From positions 1-64,000 of the forward strand of contig CBFFRP010000318.1 of assembly GCA_965644295.1 (NCBI GenBank): a stretch of 64,000 nt of DNA, written 5' to 3'. A program made the position numbers and the translations under genes. A model generated the notes under the pieces. That model had not been told where the DNA came from. It saw only the letters and a list, made by a program, of their open reading frames with translations, and made no database searches. Position 1 is the stretch's first letter. Each line of letters opens with the position of its first letter. This document shows positions 22,609 to 36,200 of this stretch, piece after piece. The stretch comes from Paraphysomonas bandaiensis. Lineage: Eukaryota; Protista; Chrysophyceae.

Positions 22609-25600
22609 TCACGACTCACATATCAGTGGGTGGTCGGCGGGCATACCCAATTGTTTGAAGTAACTATTAAAACTCACACGGTCCAAATCATTCGTGCACA
22701 GATGAAAGTAATCGCAATAAGTATACCGCTCCAAGTGCCAGAACGCCAGTCCAAAGGTGAATCCTGCGAAGTTGTCATTACTCAATTCTGGGCGCACAAC
22801 AGATACATCTCCGTCGCGACAGTCGTGCTTGTGGTCTGCAACCGCCTGCTTCATATGAAGGGCAGTAGATAGCACAGACAACACAGGAAACGTGTGGGAG
22901 AGTTGAGTGACTGCATGCACTCCCTCACGAGCATGCTTACGTAGGCGGTGTAACAGTCCACCTCCGGGACGACACCCTACTACAGAGTCGAACTCCACAA
23001 TAATCTTCAGCGCGCAGTAGACCGATATGAACAGGGAGAAAATACCGATCGGGGTCACTTGATCTGCCTTCGTCAGTTTCGTGACTGAGAAAATGACCGC
23101 TTCGATGCAGTGGTCTCTTGTATGCGGTACATCGCAGAGGTAATCCTTCCGGGACACACCAATCAAACCCTTTAAGCAGGTAGTGTATATATGACCACTG
23201 TGTCCCTTCTGTGTTGTACTCAAGTTAGATAGAATTTTACGCATCTGATTCAGCTCCCCTCGAAAAACACCAACTACAACAGTAAAAAGCGATGTCCACA
23301 AAGACATGGCCTTATTTTCTCTGTGACATCTGTCTACCGAGCGGAGAGTATCCTCAGCTTCTGATAAGTTACCACTGAAGAAACAGAACCATGCAGACAT
23401 GTTCCACACCATGTACTTTAGTGGACTGGAGTCTTTTCGAATGACAGAGCCTGTTAGAGCGGCGTCGAGGTGATCCCGGGCGTCTTTGAAATTTCCCGTA
23501 GCCGCTTGTTTTATACCCAAATGGAAGTTCAAATTAGCACTTCCAAGGGCACACTTGCTTCGCGGAGTCATCGTAGAGCACATTGACAGCATGCGACTGG
23601 ACTTTCTCGTGTCCCTTTTCACATAGTACAATGTAGAAAGTAAGGCCATAACAGATGACGTGGTATTTACGTCATCCTTGTGTACCAGGCAGGCACTCGT
23701 TGAGGCAAACCTCAACGCTTCATCTACCTTCCCTCTCATCATCAATGACTGCGCCTGGTAATAAAGCATCAATCCAAAAGCAGTTTTACCAGGTGTTCTT
23801 AAAACTCGAGTATAGAATTTGATCATAACCCGCGGCATCGTCGTGCACAAACCTAGCCCATGCATACTGAGCAGCGCAGTGTTGAAACTCTCACGAAAAT
23901 CGCACATCTTGTACTTTAGAATACTCATTTCAGCAATAATGCAGTAAAGCTGAATGTCTGAAATAAACGGCTGTACTGAATGAAACTTCCTCTTTAAGTC
24001 TGTGGGAGACAAATACTTTTCAGACGCCAGAAGGTTATCAAAATGAATTTTCGGACGACGCGTTCTTCGATGGTACTTTCTAGATATAGACTTAGGGTAG
24101 CATGCGCACGTGATCTCATCAATGGTCTTCCCATTCGTCGCAAGAGAAACAAGGTGGTGGTAGTAGTTGTAGGAAGAAGAGTGCATGTTTTCCTGTTTCG
24201 TGCTCGCGGCAGCCAATTCCGTGTACATAATTTCTTTCTCCAAATCGTTCGCACGTGAATAGTGAAACGCAAGAAGCTCAACGACATTGCATGTCGGCGA
24301 TCTCATATCCAGCGACTCGGCTAGAATAGTGCCCACAATCATATGTGCTTCTTCTCGCTGCTTCTCCAGCATGATGTTGTACACACTATCCGAATATCTG
24401 CGATCTAAGAAGGCATACGTCTTATTTGATCCCATTTCCGTCCGCCTCCTTCGTAACGTGGACAGCCGAAACGTCCCATCTGAGATATCATGCTCAGTAT
24501 ATGTTATTGCATAGAGTATCACATTACCTTTATAATAATCAGCCCCAGCTACTCGCTGTATTAGTCCTCTATCTTCAATTTCGGATAGAGATTGATCGAG
24601 ATACCTTGCGGTGTCGATATACCCCATGCGTTCCAATGTTTGCTGCAAGAGATTTCGTGTAAATATCGTCCCACATACTGCTGCAACCTTGAGCACAACT
24701 TGGTTATCGTAGTTCATCCTGTCGAACTGCTCAAGAGCCGTACCATCAACCACATTTACTTGATTCTCGCCAGATGCAGAGAAATTTGATCGTGCAACAG
24801 AAGCTTCCAGTTCTTTTACTTGTCGTACTACCATTCCGACGATACCCCTGCCACTTTTATGGTATACATTTGATACGAACGCATCTGACACAGCGTTGGG
24901 AATACACTGCAGTAACACCGGACCTAGGATGTTTTCTATTACTACCTTAATCTCGTTCTCAGATATGGGCTTCAGATTGATCACTTTACACTCGCTATTC
25001 AGTTCCTCCACGGTGTTAAGTACTACACTCCCTTCAAATGACTCTGCGCGCATATGATGGGGCTTCCGACCAATGGGTATAAATGGCCGCATACTGGCCA
25101 CAAAGAACATGGAATCACACACATCCAGTACACGGTTGATTATGCGAAATGACGGCTTATCAGCCCACTGCAGCTCTTCTAATACTAGTACCCCAAGTGT
25201 GCAATTTGCGGCAAAGCTACACACGATTTCAACTATAATAACTTCAAGCAGAGCCGGAATACGCTCTGATGTTACCGATGTCACCAGCTCCACATCTGGG
25301 CGGGTTTTGGTATCCAGTGCAATCCTCAGTAGGGGTAGCACCTCCATGATGCCAAAAGTACTCTTTTCTTCCAAAGCAACGCCATCGTAGGCGTCATCTG
25401 ATGATTTCAAAAATCCTGACACAGATCGGCACACGAATGAGTGTCTACTGGTAGCCACCGACGAGAAACTCTCAGCCGACTCGAAATCTTGCAGAGTATC
25501 TTCTGTCATACCCACACCAACGCAATCAATAGTGAGGTCGCTCAAATTATTTTTCACCCATGCATAAATCCGCTCATACAACAGTTCAAACCTCTTATCT

Positions 25601-28600
25601 TCATCCAATACTAATTCACAATTGCTGTCTAGAGTTGCTTCAAGATCTGTGGTAGACTCACCACGGCCAAGCGGAGATGCCTTTGTGTCAAAAAAAGCCT
25701 TTAGTAGCTGCCGAGATGCCTCATACGGTTCCAACACATTAGCCAAATGACATGAAACCAAAAACTGGGATTGGATAACCTGCTCGTTTCGTTGCAAAAA
25801 TTCCGTAATTACTTTCGTCTTACCAGTTCCTTTCCCACCAACAATAACACATTTATTGGATGGTAAAATACTTTTTTGTGACCCAGAAGTGGTATAGCAT
25901 TCATCTAACATACAAACTTCTTGGGTGTCAGAGTTTTCAACGCCATTAATGTACAAACTGAATGATTTTTGAAGGATTGCCATCTCTTCATCACGACCCA
26001 CAAAACAACCCCCACGACGTCCAGTACTCAAGAGTGCAGCCACCTCTTCCACTGTTACATAGGCCTTCGGATTTTTCCGTAGGTGCTGGAGCGAGTACAC
26101 CTGAACAGGGGAGTCGTAGCCTTTTGCGTTCAACTTAGGGAGTTTATCGAATATGAAATCGCTATTCACGCCTAGATACACATCACAACTAACAATTATT
26201 TGACTGTTTCGACACAATCCCATCAGTCGTGCTGCGAGATTCACACTGGAACCCATCATACAGTACTCCTTTCGACTTGTGCTCCCGACATATCCACAGT
26301 AAACCATTCCCTTGGAGACTCCAATACGACACACAATGTCATGAGCCTGGAGTTTGTTGCGGATAAGCACTGAGGCATAAACCCCCCTTAGGTCATCAGA
26401 GAGAGAGCTAAATCCGGGCACTCCGAAGGAGCATATAACAACACAGCCCTTGTCGTCAACAACATACTGCCGCAGTGCCCCACCAAGCTTCTGGAGAACC
26501 ACAAGAATCTCTTCAATAGCTTTCTGTGGTTTTTCTATTTCCCCTTTATCGAACTCGTCATCCAGATTCATTATCTGAATAAACATCGTCACCACTACTC
26601 TCAGCTCAGCTAAATGTCCTGACGAATTGTGTACAATTGCTCCACGAGCGGACTCATGAACATATCGCTCTAACATCTTCCGATACTCATCTGCACTAGA
26701 GGGGCTGAGCTTCGTCAAGTGTGGGCCACTCGGACGAAACTCTATGCTATGCAAGCGGGAAGATCCTGACTCACTACACGTCTCTGCCTGCGAACCACGT
26801 GTACGAAATGTATCTTCCTCTTCGGAGAGCCTGTCGTCAAATTTGTGCACCGCGTCGCAGAAACGTTTTTTACATGTATTATCCAGAAAGTGGAAGCCTG
26901 TCGTATTCTCAAATTTTGATGAGGATATTGCATAATCTGAAGTAGTGCTTTTGGTACTACCCGTGTAGGTATTATGGGTATTGTCAATTACATCCCTTGC
27001 TGACACAACGAACTTATCCGATGACGACGGGGATCCCGTCTGTCCACCCTTGAAGAATGAGAAAGCCGTAGATATAGACGTGGGGGTTACTCCTGTGCTT
27101 GAGTCTACTGATCCATCACAGCCAGAGCTGTCCCCTTCATTGTCAAAGAATACCTTCGCACTTCGCCTGGAAGGGGACAAATTCTCCAGTGTTTGCACGA
27201 ATTGCATCGCCGTTGTGACTAATGACAAATTTCGCGACTTTGGTGATTCTGTACCTAAGATTTTGTGGGCTTTATGTACATATGTTATACGAAAAGACCC
27301 GTTCGGCAGAGCCTGTCCAGTGCAACTGTACTTGACATACTCGTAGGCTGATTTCGAAAGACACAACTCCCCTGTCTTTGCCGCCGACTCCGCAGTCGAG
27401 AGCTCTCGTAGCTGAGGACCAGCAATCAAAAACTCCATCCTGTTCTCATTTCCCAAAGACATGCAGTGCAATTCTCCAGCGCTCATACCACAGTGCAGAC
27501 GAAGGCGTATCGTGTGTCCACCTACCATTTCCTCGTACCGTCCGCAGTTGTCATTGAGCATTTCCAACACGCACTTAGTGGCCTTGTAAACTACATTCTG
27601 GCGGGCAGTTTCATCAGTATTTATGGGAGCGGTCCACACGACAAGCACAGCATCACCACAGAACTTCACCACATCTCCCCCATGCTGCTTAAACTTTCCC
27701 AGTAAATAGGTGAAAAAATGGCTATATAAGAAAGCATTAAATAAGTAGTTCTAAGCGATAGAATTTCATTACTTGATGTGATGCTTTAATTGCTCCACAC
27801 TCAGCTTAGACGACAGCTTTGTGAATCCGGATATATCCGCTAAAACAACAGCAGCAAACAGCTTCTCTGACCATGCAGTACACTCCTTGTTCTCTTGACT
27901 ATAAAGATATACACATATATCAGTATATACACTCATATCAGTATACACACATATATCAGTATATATACATACACATCAGTATACACACATATATATATCA
28001 GTATATACATACATATCAGTATATACACACATATCAGTATACACACATATATCAGTATATATACAGACATATATCAGTATACATACACTCATATCAGGTT
28101 ATACACACTCATATCAGTATATATACATACATATCAGTATACACACATATATATATCAGTATATACATACATATCAGTATATACACACATATCAGTATAC
28201 ACACACACATGTCAGTATATATACAGACATATATCAGTATACATACACTCATATCAGGTTATACACACTCATATCAGTATATATACACATATCAGTATAT
28301 ATACACACATATATCAGTGTACATACATATATCAGGATATACACACATATCAGTATATACACACAAACATATCAGGATATACACACATATATCAGTATAT
28401 ATACGCACATATATCAGTATATATACACATATCAGTATACATATATATCAGTATATACACAAACATATCAGGATATACACACATATAAGTATACATATAT
28501 ATCAGTATATACACATATCAGTATACATATATATCAGAATATATACACACCCATATCAGGATATACACACTTATATCAGTATACATATATATCAGTATAT

Positions 28601-29110
28601 ACACAAACATATCAGGATATACACACATATAGGTATACATATATATCAGAATATATACGCACATATATCAGTATATATACACATATAGGTATACATATAT
28701 ATCAGAATATATACGCACATATATCAGTATATATACACACATATCACTATATATACACATATCAGTATACATATATATCAGTATATACACAAACATATCA
28801 GGATATACACACATATAAGTATACATATATATCAGTATATACACATATAAGTATACATATATATCAGAATATATACACACCCATATCAGGATATACACAC
28901 ACATATCACTATATATACACATATCAGTATACACATATATCAGTATATACACTGGCGGGCTGTTTATCCCAATATTGATAGTTACCTTCGTTTGAGTAAT
29001 AATCGCTGGGTTATAGTAGGCGTAAGTGACCGATACTCAGTGACCAGCGCCACTGCAGAGTCTGATGTACACTCTGCAGTAGATACTCTCAGAGATGATT
29101 GATCGCTCAT
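22609..29110 (-). CDS. Soluble adenylyl cyclase-like (ADCY10-type) protein: tandem class III cyclase domains + STAND P-loop NTPase + helical C-terminus
   Basis: Exon at about 27895-27773 encodes LADISGFTKLS; then VVKFCGDA, RQYVVDDKG, EYCMMGSSVNLAARLM, Walker A GGKGTGKT and Walker B VLEELQWAD. The first exon (ATG 29110 to donor about 28987) is tentative. Confidence 0.88.
27903..28951. repeat. Intronic minisatellite (ATATCAGTATATACACAC-like units of about 16-24 bp)
   Basis: About 1.05 kb of variant tandem units, with higher-order blocks in the distal half. Confidence 0.95.
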
Positions 29111-29242
29111 CCCGGCTGCATGTTGATACCTTCTGTTACTTTAAACAAACAGAGAAAGAAGTGATGTTAACATATCACTCCATTGAGAGACTCTGATTTA
29201 TTATGGATGGCTCTATCAGATATATATGTATATGTATGTATG

Positions 29243-29274
<32 letters not shown>

Positions 29275-29960
29275 TATGATAATCCTGCCTATATACTATA
29301 CATACATACATATCCATAGACATGTATACAGATATACATGCATATTACAGGGACGGACAACGTACTCCGTTTGTACACTTCTCTCTCTGTCCTCTAGTAC
29401 GACTTCAAGGAATACGACATATGCCTCCGAGGAACGCGGCATCGTACGCCAATCTTCTTGTAATTATGTAGGAATTCCTACGAAGTTATATACTCCATAT
29501 AAGAACTCCTAGGAATTCTATATACCAGATATACCAACACATACATATACAGCGTATACGGTATACGTATACATAGATCATCATACGGCTACAGAGTAGT
29601 GTATACTGTAATTGGCATGTATGCATATACATAGACGTATCTCTCCTCTATACTCCACAGCTCTAACTATGTATGTATGTATGTAGGTCTTGAGCATGAT
29701 GTGTCTCCTCTTCACCAATTCACAAGCAGTACAACCATATCACAACCAACTAAATTATTTCAATGCAATCTTAGTCCCGATACTAGTATACAACAATACA
29801 TTCTTTCCTTGCATTGGAATAGAAGTCATTCCACTGCTCGATCCAACGATTTGATTTGATTGACAAGCTATACATCTCACATCTCATCATTAACATCTGC
29901 TCATAATAAAGACTTTAGAATCAGATATCACCAACACATTTATATCACCAACATTCATCG

Positions 29961-30227
29961 ATGAATTCTGAATCCATTCTTCGTCTTGCTGCCGCCTCAG
30001 ATCCGTTTCGACAAGAGACTAATTCGTTGAGAAGAATCACAGTGAGAGAAATGGAAGAGCAAAAAATGCGAGGTGAAAAAATATGTCTCTGGCGTAAGAA
30101 TTCTCATCGCCAAGAAGCATCTGCGGTCCCGGATTCGGATGATGAGCCTTTGTATGCAGAATCAGATGCTGCATATGTTGGGACAAGTTCATGTATTTCC
30201 ACTGCATCTTCTACTGAGAGTGAATAA
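29961..30227 (+). CDS. Hypothetical 88 aa protein
   Basis: ATG ORF with protein-like composition, preceded by the CA-rich leader seen before other genes; divergent from the cyclase. Confidence 0.4.
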   Translation: MNSESILRLAAASDPFRQETNSLRRITVREMEEQKMRGEKICLWRKNSHRQEASAVPDSDDEPLYAESDAAYVGTSSCISTASSTESE

Positions 30228-30929
30228 ATTGCAGTTGACGAGGAAGGCATGAATTGCCGGATATATCCAATGTATAAATTTTTCGTGGTAGATACCAAAG
30301 TGTGTTTTTCTATTTGAGGATGCTATAGCATAGGATACCTTTTGATGTTGTTGAACGAATAGGGTCGCTGATCGATATATATGATTGTTTTTTTTCAGAG
30401 TCATCATTTATGAAATGAATATAATCAAGTCATTTAATCAGGACTAATAATCAAGTATTGTTGAATATACTTTAGTGTGATTTGCTTAAAAACTGTAGCA
30501 AGTACAAAAACTGTACCAAGTAGTAACAGTGTTTCAAAAAAGCTGGAAAAGCACGAGACACGCCCACAGGTCAATAGTCTTACAATGGGAAATATTATTC
30601 ATGCCATTGTCATTCGTTGGTACAAGAATACCAGCACTCTATATTAGCAGCCGACATGGCGCAGGCAGGTTGACTTTGTCATCGTGCTGGTTTATTATTA
30701 TATAAATACATGATACATAGAAAAGAAAATAGTTCTGTCAAAAAGATCAAAAAACACGACGCGATATATATAATCATGAGATTGATATCATTATACGAAT
30801 CTGTACAAAGGGTCCATAGGACGAAGCATAGTAGCAAGTTCATCCACCCCATAAGCATAGAGCATAGAGGCCCCATTAAACAAAGCTAGATCACCAAGTT
30901 CAACAAATATACACACATAGCATGAGTAC

Positions 30930-32588
30930 TCAATATTGTATACACCTTGGACATAGTGGGTTCTGCGAACGAATCCACTTCAGAATATCCAAGTGGCCAC
31001 CACAAACAGCAGTAAGTGTGCAAGATTCTTCATCCCATGGACAAGGAGGATCCTGTGTACGAAGCCACTTCAGAACATCCAAGTGGTCATCACCAGCAGC
31101 CTCAAAGCAAGTGTGTTCATCCCATGGACATGGAGGGTTCTGTGAACGAAGCCACTTCAGAACATTCAAGTGACCACATCTAGCAGCAGCTTCGCAAGTA
31201 CTCTTACCCCATGGACATGGAGGATCTTGTGAACGAAGCCACTTCAGAACATCCAACTGGTCATCACCAGCAGCCTCAATGCAAGTGTTCTTACCCCAAG
31301 GACATGGAGGGTTCTGTAAACGAACCCACTTCAGAACATTCAAGTGACCACCTCTAGCAGCAGCTCCACAAGTGTATTCATTCCATGGACATGGAGGATC
31401 CTGTGAACGAACCCACTTTAAAACATCCAAGTGGCCACCACCAGCAGCCTCAATGCAAGTGCTCTCACCCCATGGACATGGAGGGTGTTGTGTACGAAGC
31501 CACTTCAGAACATCCAAGTGGCCACCACCAGCAGCCTCACAGCATGCAAATACACCCCATGGACATGGAGGATCCTGTGAACGAAGCCACTTCAGAACAT
31601 CCAAGTGGCCACCACAAACAGCAGCTTCACAAGTTCTCTCACCCCATGGACATGGAGGGTCCTGTGAACGAAGCCACTTCAGAACATCCAAGTGGTCATC
31701 ACCAGCAGCCTCAATGCAAGTGCTCTCACCCCATGGACATGGAGGATCCTGTGTACGAAGCCACTTCAGAACATCCAAGTGGCCACCTCTAGCAGCAGCT
31801 TCACAAGTTCTCTCACCCCATGGACATGGAGGATCCTGTGAACGAAGCCACTTCAGTACATTCAATTGACCACCTCTAGCAGCAGCCGCACTGCATGCGA
31901 ATTCACCCCATGGACATTGAGGGTCCTGTGAACGAACCCACTTTAAAATATCCAAGTGGTCACCACCAGCAGCCTCAATGCAAGTGCTCTCACCCCATGG
32001 ACATGGGGGATCCTGTGAACGGAGCCACTTCAGAACATCCAAGTGGCCACCGCCAGCAGCCGCACTGCATGCGAATTCACCCCATGGACATGGAGGATCC
32101 TGTGAACGAAGCCACTTCAGTACATCTAAGCGTCCACCACCAACAGCAGCTTCGCAAGTGCTCTTACCCCATGGACATGGAGGGTCCCGTGAACGAACCC
32201 ACTTCAGAACATCCAAGTGGCCACCACCTGCAGCAGAAAAACAAGTGGCTTCACTCAATAAATATATGTGAATAGGGTCCTGCATATGTGGAGGTGTATA
32301 CATAAGGCTTATGATGTATTTCATCTGCTGTAGTCTGCCGTATAGAGCACATGTATTCATCATCAGTATGTGTGGGCAGCCCACAGACAGAGCCCATGAG
32401 ACCATTGAGTCCGTCATACAGTAGTGAGATGCATGTGACTGTACTCTCCTCCTATCAGTCATATCGTGAAATCTCTTACAAGTCATGAGCACAGGAAGGA
32501 GAGCCGTGTGTGGGATCATAGAGATGAGCAGACGCAACACATCATCATTAAGAACAGATACATGCGACATATACGAACACTGACTCAT
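30930..32588 (-). CDS. F-box-like + ankyrin-like repeat protein (about 15 x 29 aa), of the type seen in giant viruses and algae
   Basis: N-terminal LNDDVLRLLI...LMTCKRFH; repeats DPPCPWGExxCxxAAxGGHLDVLKWLRSQ (87 bp); intronless. Confidence 0.9.
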   Translation of the reverse strand: MSQCSYMSHVSVLNDDVLRLLISMIPHTALLPVLMTCKRFHDMTDRRRVQSHASHYCMTDSMVSWALSVGCPHILMMNTCALYGRLQQMKYIISLMYTPPHMQDPIHIYLLSEATCFSAAGGGHLDVLKWVRSRDPPCPWGKSTCEAAVGGGRLDVLKWLRSQDPPCPWGEFACSAAAGGGHLDVLKWLRSQDPPCPWGESTCIEAAGGDHLDILKWVRSQDPQCPWGEFACSAAAARGGQLNVLKWLRSQDPPCPWGERTCEAAARGGHLDVLKWLRTQDPPCPWGESTCIEAAGDDHLDVLKWLRSQDPPCPWGERTCEAAVCGGHLDVLKWLRSQDPPCPWGVFACCEAAGGGHLDVLKWLRTQHPPCPWGESTCIEAAGGGHLDVLKWVRSQDPPCPWNEYTCGAAARGGHLNVLKWVRLQNPPCPWGKNTCIEAAGDDQLDVLKWLRSQDPPCPWGKSTCEAAARCGHLNVLKWLRSQNPPCPWDEHTCFEAAGDDHLDVLKWLRTQDPPCPWDEESCTLTAVCGGHLDILKWIRSQNPLCPRCIQY

Positions 32589-33255
32589 AGTTTATATGAG
32601 ACTAATAGAGTGGTAATACAGCAGATGATAATGAGATCATTATGGCATAAATGCTGTGTGCTATTCCATTAATCATCGAGCCAGCAGTGCAGGCAGTGCC
32701 TCGCGATTGCCATGATAGCAACGAGTCACAAGTGTGTCCATCATAGACATTTTTAGTAGGAATCCTACCACCTTGTTACTTTTTTACTGGAAACCTGTCA
32801 GATTCAGTAGTTTTTAGCTAATTTTGGAATAAATTCGACACGATTTCTGGATTTCTAATAAAAAATCTCACGAAAAGCCTTCATTTCATACCAATATTGT
32901 CGTCCCTGTTGTGATAGGATAATACAATGTATATAAGGTGTTTGTATCTACTGCTGTATATGGATATATCCACAGGCCTACCTCTGTACAGTAGTTTGTA
33001 TATGTAACTCCGGCAGTAGTATATCCCCACACCTCACCATATACAACACCCAACACACCCAGCACAGCACAGCACAGCATGGAGATATGAGCCCAAACAC
33101 ATACACACACTCCCATAATTTGATCCTAACTTACTATCCACACCTTCATATACATACCTATACATCATTTCCTTCAATTGCATGTATCACTGCATGCCCT
33201 AACCACAAGAGGGTCACTCTAATACATCATCTCATTATATAATTAAATAAATAAA

Positions 33256-36200
33256 ATGGAAACTGCATTAGAGAATAGCGTGTGGGTTATCTCACCAGAA
33301 TTCGCTGGATATCTTATTAAAAGAGGATTTCATTGGAGGAAATTATGGAAAAAAAGATGGGTAGCATTACATGGATCTGAAATCGCGTATATGGCAGAAG
33401 AACCGAATGAATCGAACTCAGATGATTTGGTTATAACGAAAGCACAGATAACATCCGCTACTTTTGTAGATAGAGAAGATATTGATGGGAATCCTCATGG
33501 ATTTGCGATTCATATTAATGATGGTCAGTCACCTACTTGGTATTTGCGTGCTGAGTCGACTAGAGAGAAGAAAAGTTGGTTAATGCGACTCGGTCATGTT
33601 CATACCATTGTTCGATGGTTGGAAGAGTTTGAGAAAGTGAGAGTGCTTGGTGTTGGTGGCACAGGAATTGTGTACGAGCTTTTGCATAATGCCAATGGGC
33701 AGCGATATGCTATGAAAGAAATGGAGATAAAGAATAAAGCACAAATGCAAATGGCCGTCGCCGAAGCTGAAATGCTCAAAGAAATTATGGAGAACATATC
33801 TCACCCCAATATTATGCATATAGAAAAAGTTTTTCAGGTCTGTAGTTAGTGTTGTAAATCGTAAACGTGTTTAATCACTCTGGTGGTGTGGTGCAGGTTG
33901 GAAATAAATTCTACCTTGTATTTCCGCTGTGTACTGGGGGGGAGTTGTATGAACATGTTATTCGTCGCGGCCACTTCACCGAGTACGATGCTGCTAAGCT
34001 AATGCGTGACCTCGTATCAGCTCTAAATGAGCTTCACAAACATGATATACTTCACCTGGATATCAAGCCTGAAAATATACTCTTTGAGACTGATGCTGAG
34101 GATGCCCGAATAAAGATAACTGATTTCGGTCTGTCCAAGGTCAGTTTTCCTCAAAGTGCTCGTCATTCGTCGTTGTGCTACTGTGGACATTTATTCCTGA
34201 GTAACTTTTATCTTAGGTTTTTCATCACACCGCTGCGTCAACAACTCAGCCGGGAAGTAACCCCACAATGGAACTGCTTAATGAGAAACTCAGAGCTTTT
34301 CAGGTCTGTTATTCTCCCCCATGTAATCAAACTTACATTCGTGTTGCGAGAGTTTATGTTTTCTACAATCATGTTGGTTTTAATGCGATTGCTCAGGAAA
34401 GTGGCGTGTTACAGCGCGACAGATTACGTGGTACGGTCGGATACATGAGCCCGGAGCTCATTCTCGCCGGCGTTAGCTCTCGAGCTACGGATGTTTGGGC
34501 TGCTGGTGTGGTACTGTACATACTTTTATGTGGCCGCCCTCCATTTCAATCAAAATCTAATAGGTTAGACCAGAGATATTATTGTATTACATATTTCATT
34601 GGGTATATGTGCATTTGTGAAAGTATTCGACAATCAGCGAAAATCATTTATACAGCTGATGCCTATATCCGTCGTGAAGTGCCATGTGCCTACAACTTTA
34701 CATTTACGTGGTTTTTCTAACGGTTTAATTAATGTGTTGCTTCAGAGATATTTTGGAAAAAAGTGCGCGGGGAGACTATACCATGGAGGGGAAAGATTGG
34801 GAAGGTGTTTCGGCAGAAGCAAAGGACTTGGTTAGTAAGATGCTAACTGTAGATCCCGAGAAAAGAATTACCACTTCAGGTATTGCTTGTTATTTTTTAC
34901 ATCTTATGTACGTGGAGTACATCGTACATTTGAATGAGAACCATTTTAAAGACATATTGCAGAGATATTGGCACACCCATGGATATGTATGGTCAGTGCG
35001 GACAACAAAGCCTCGACTTTAGGAACCCCCCAGAGAGAGGCTGTAGCTAGGCGTGAGTCAGCTTCAACGACAAACCTAAACTCCGCCCTGAGAGCTCTCT
35101 CTGGGCATGTCAACGATCGCAAGCTCGAGAAGATGGCTACTAATTTCACTCGCCTAGTGTCTTTGCTGCAACAAGATGACAAGGGCGGGAGACAGAAACT
35201 TGTGAAGATGCTAAACCACCCGGACGATGAAAGTGGTGATGATTCTTCAGATAACTCTGAGATGAGCCCGATCATCAATACAGAGATTCGAGATGCTCTC
35301 ATACATGTGTTTAGAGAGTTAGGCGAGTAGATATGTCTCTTCTGTAACTTGTTGTTATGAAATGTGTTCTATTCTGACAGGAGGTGCAGACAACGGTGGG
35401 AAATTGACGATAGAGCAATTTACTCAGGTGCTAACCCATTTTGGATACGGGGGAAAGGATGGACTGGCCGGTGGTGGAGCCATTATGCTCATATGCAGGT
35501 TCATAGACAGGTTGGTCTTTGTTCAGTGTCTATCATGCAATTTGGTCAATTTAATACTATCTATACGAATACTGTGTGCAGTGACGGCGACGGTCTAATA
35601 TCAGCTGAAGATATATTCCTCGCAGAGGTATGTATGTAGTGTTGGGTATCATCAGTTGATTTATGGACGTCTGCATGGGTTGTTTAGGCTCGTATTCTTC
35701 AACGGAGCCCAAATTTTCTCCGGGCAATATTCCGGGTATATACCGAGGCTGTGTGGTATCCTGGACGGCAACTTAATCACATGAGCATGCAACGAACTCC
35801 TGCCAAAAATCCTGCTCGTACAGGGTGAGATCAAAATGCATGTCAAACTTTTCATGTTTTGTTTTCTCTGTGCTTTCTGTCCGTATGCTTGCCAGGTAGT
35901 TGTCTAAGTGATACATACCCATATAGAATATTGAATGACTCATCTATCGAAAATCTTGATCTGGTGGAGCCCCCAAAATATATAACCGGTATACTTTGAC
36001 GATTAAAAGTGTTATAATGACCTTAAGGCGTCTTCAATGCAGGACGCAATGTGGCATCTGTGTTTGAGCGATTAGGGTATAACCCTGATGCCGGAGTAAA
36101 GCTGTTTGGTGCACTTTGCGAAGCGCTAGCACGACGACGGGCAGGGGTAAAGCGAAGTGTATCTACTCATGCGGACAAAGATGGGGCAGAGGGTGTTCCA

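Noticed and set aside
27873-28952. Long Y/I/H-rich ORFs (271, 197 and 94 aa)
   Set aside because: Translations of the intronic minisatellite.
29465-29520. Palindromic GTAGGAATTCCTAC and similar motifs in divergent intergenic regions (also about 32757)
   Set aside because: Plausible promoter elements, but too short and too few to call without genome-wide enrichment.
30922-32275. Plus-strand repetitive ORFs, and a CRISPR-like appearance of the 87 bp repeats
   Set aside because: Antisense shadows of the ankyrin-like repeats; the units are contiguous coding repeats with no unique spacers and no cas genes.
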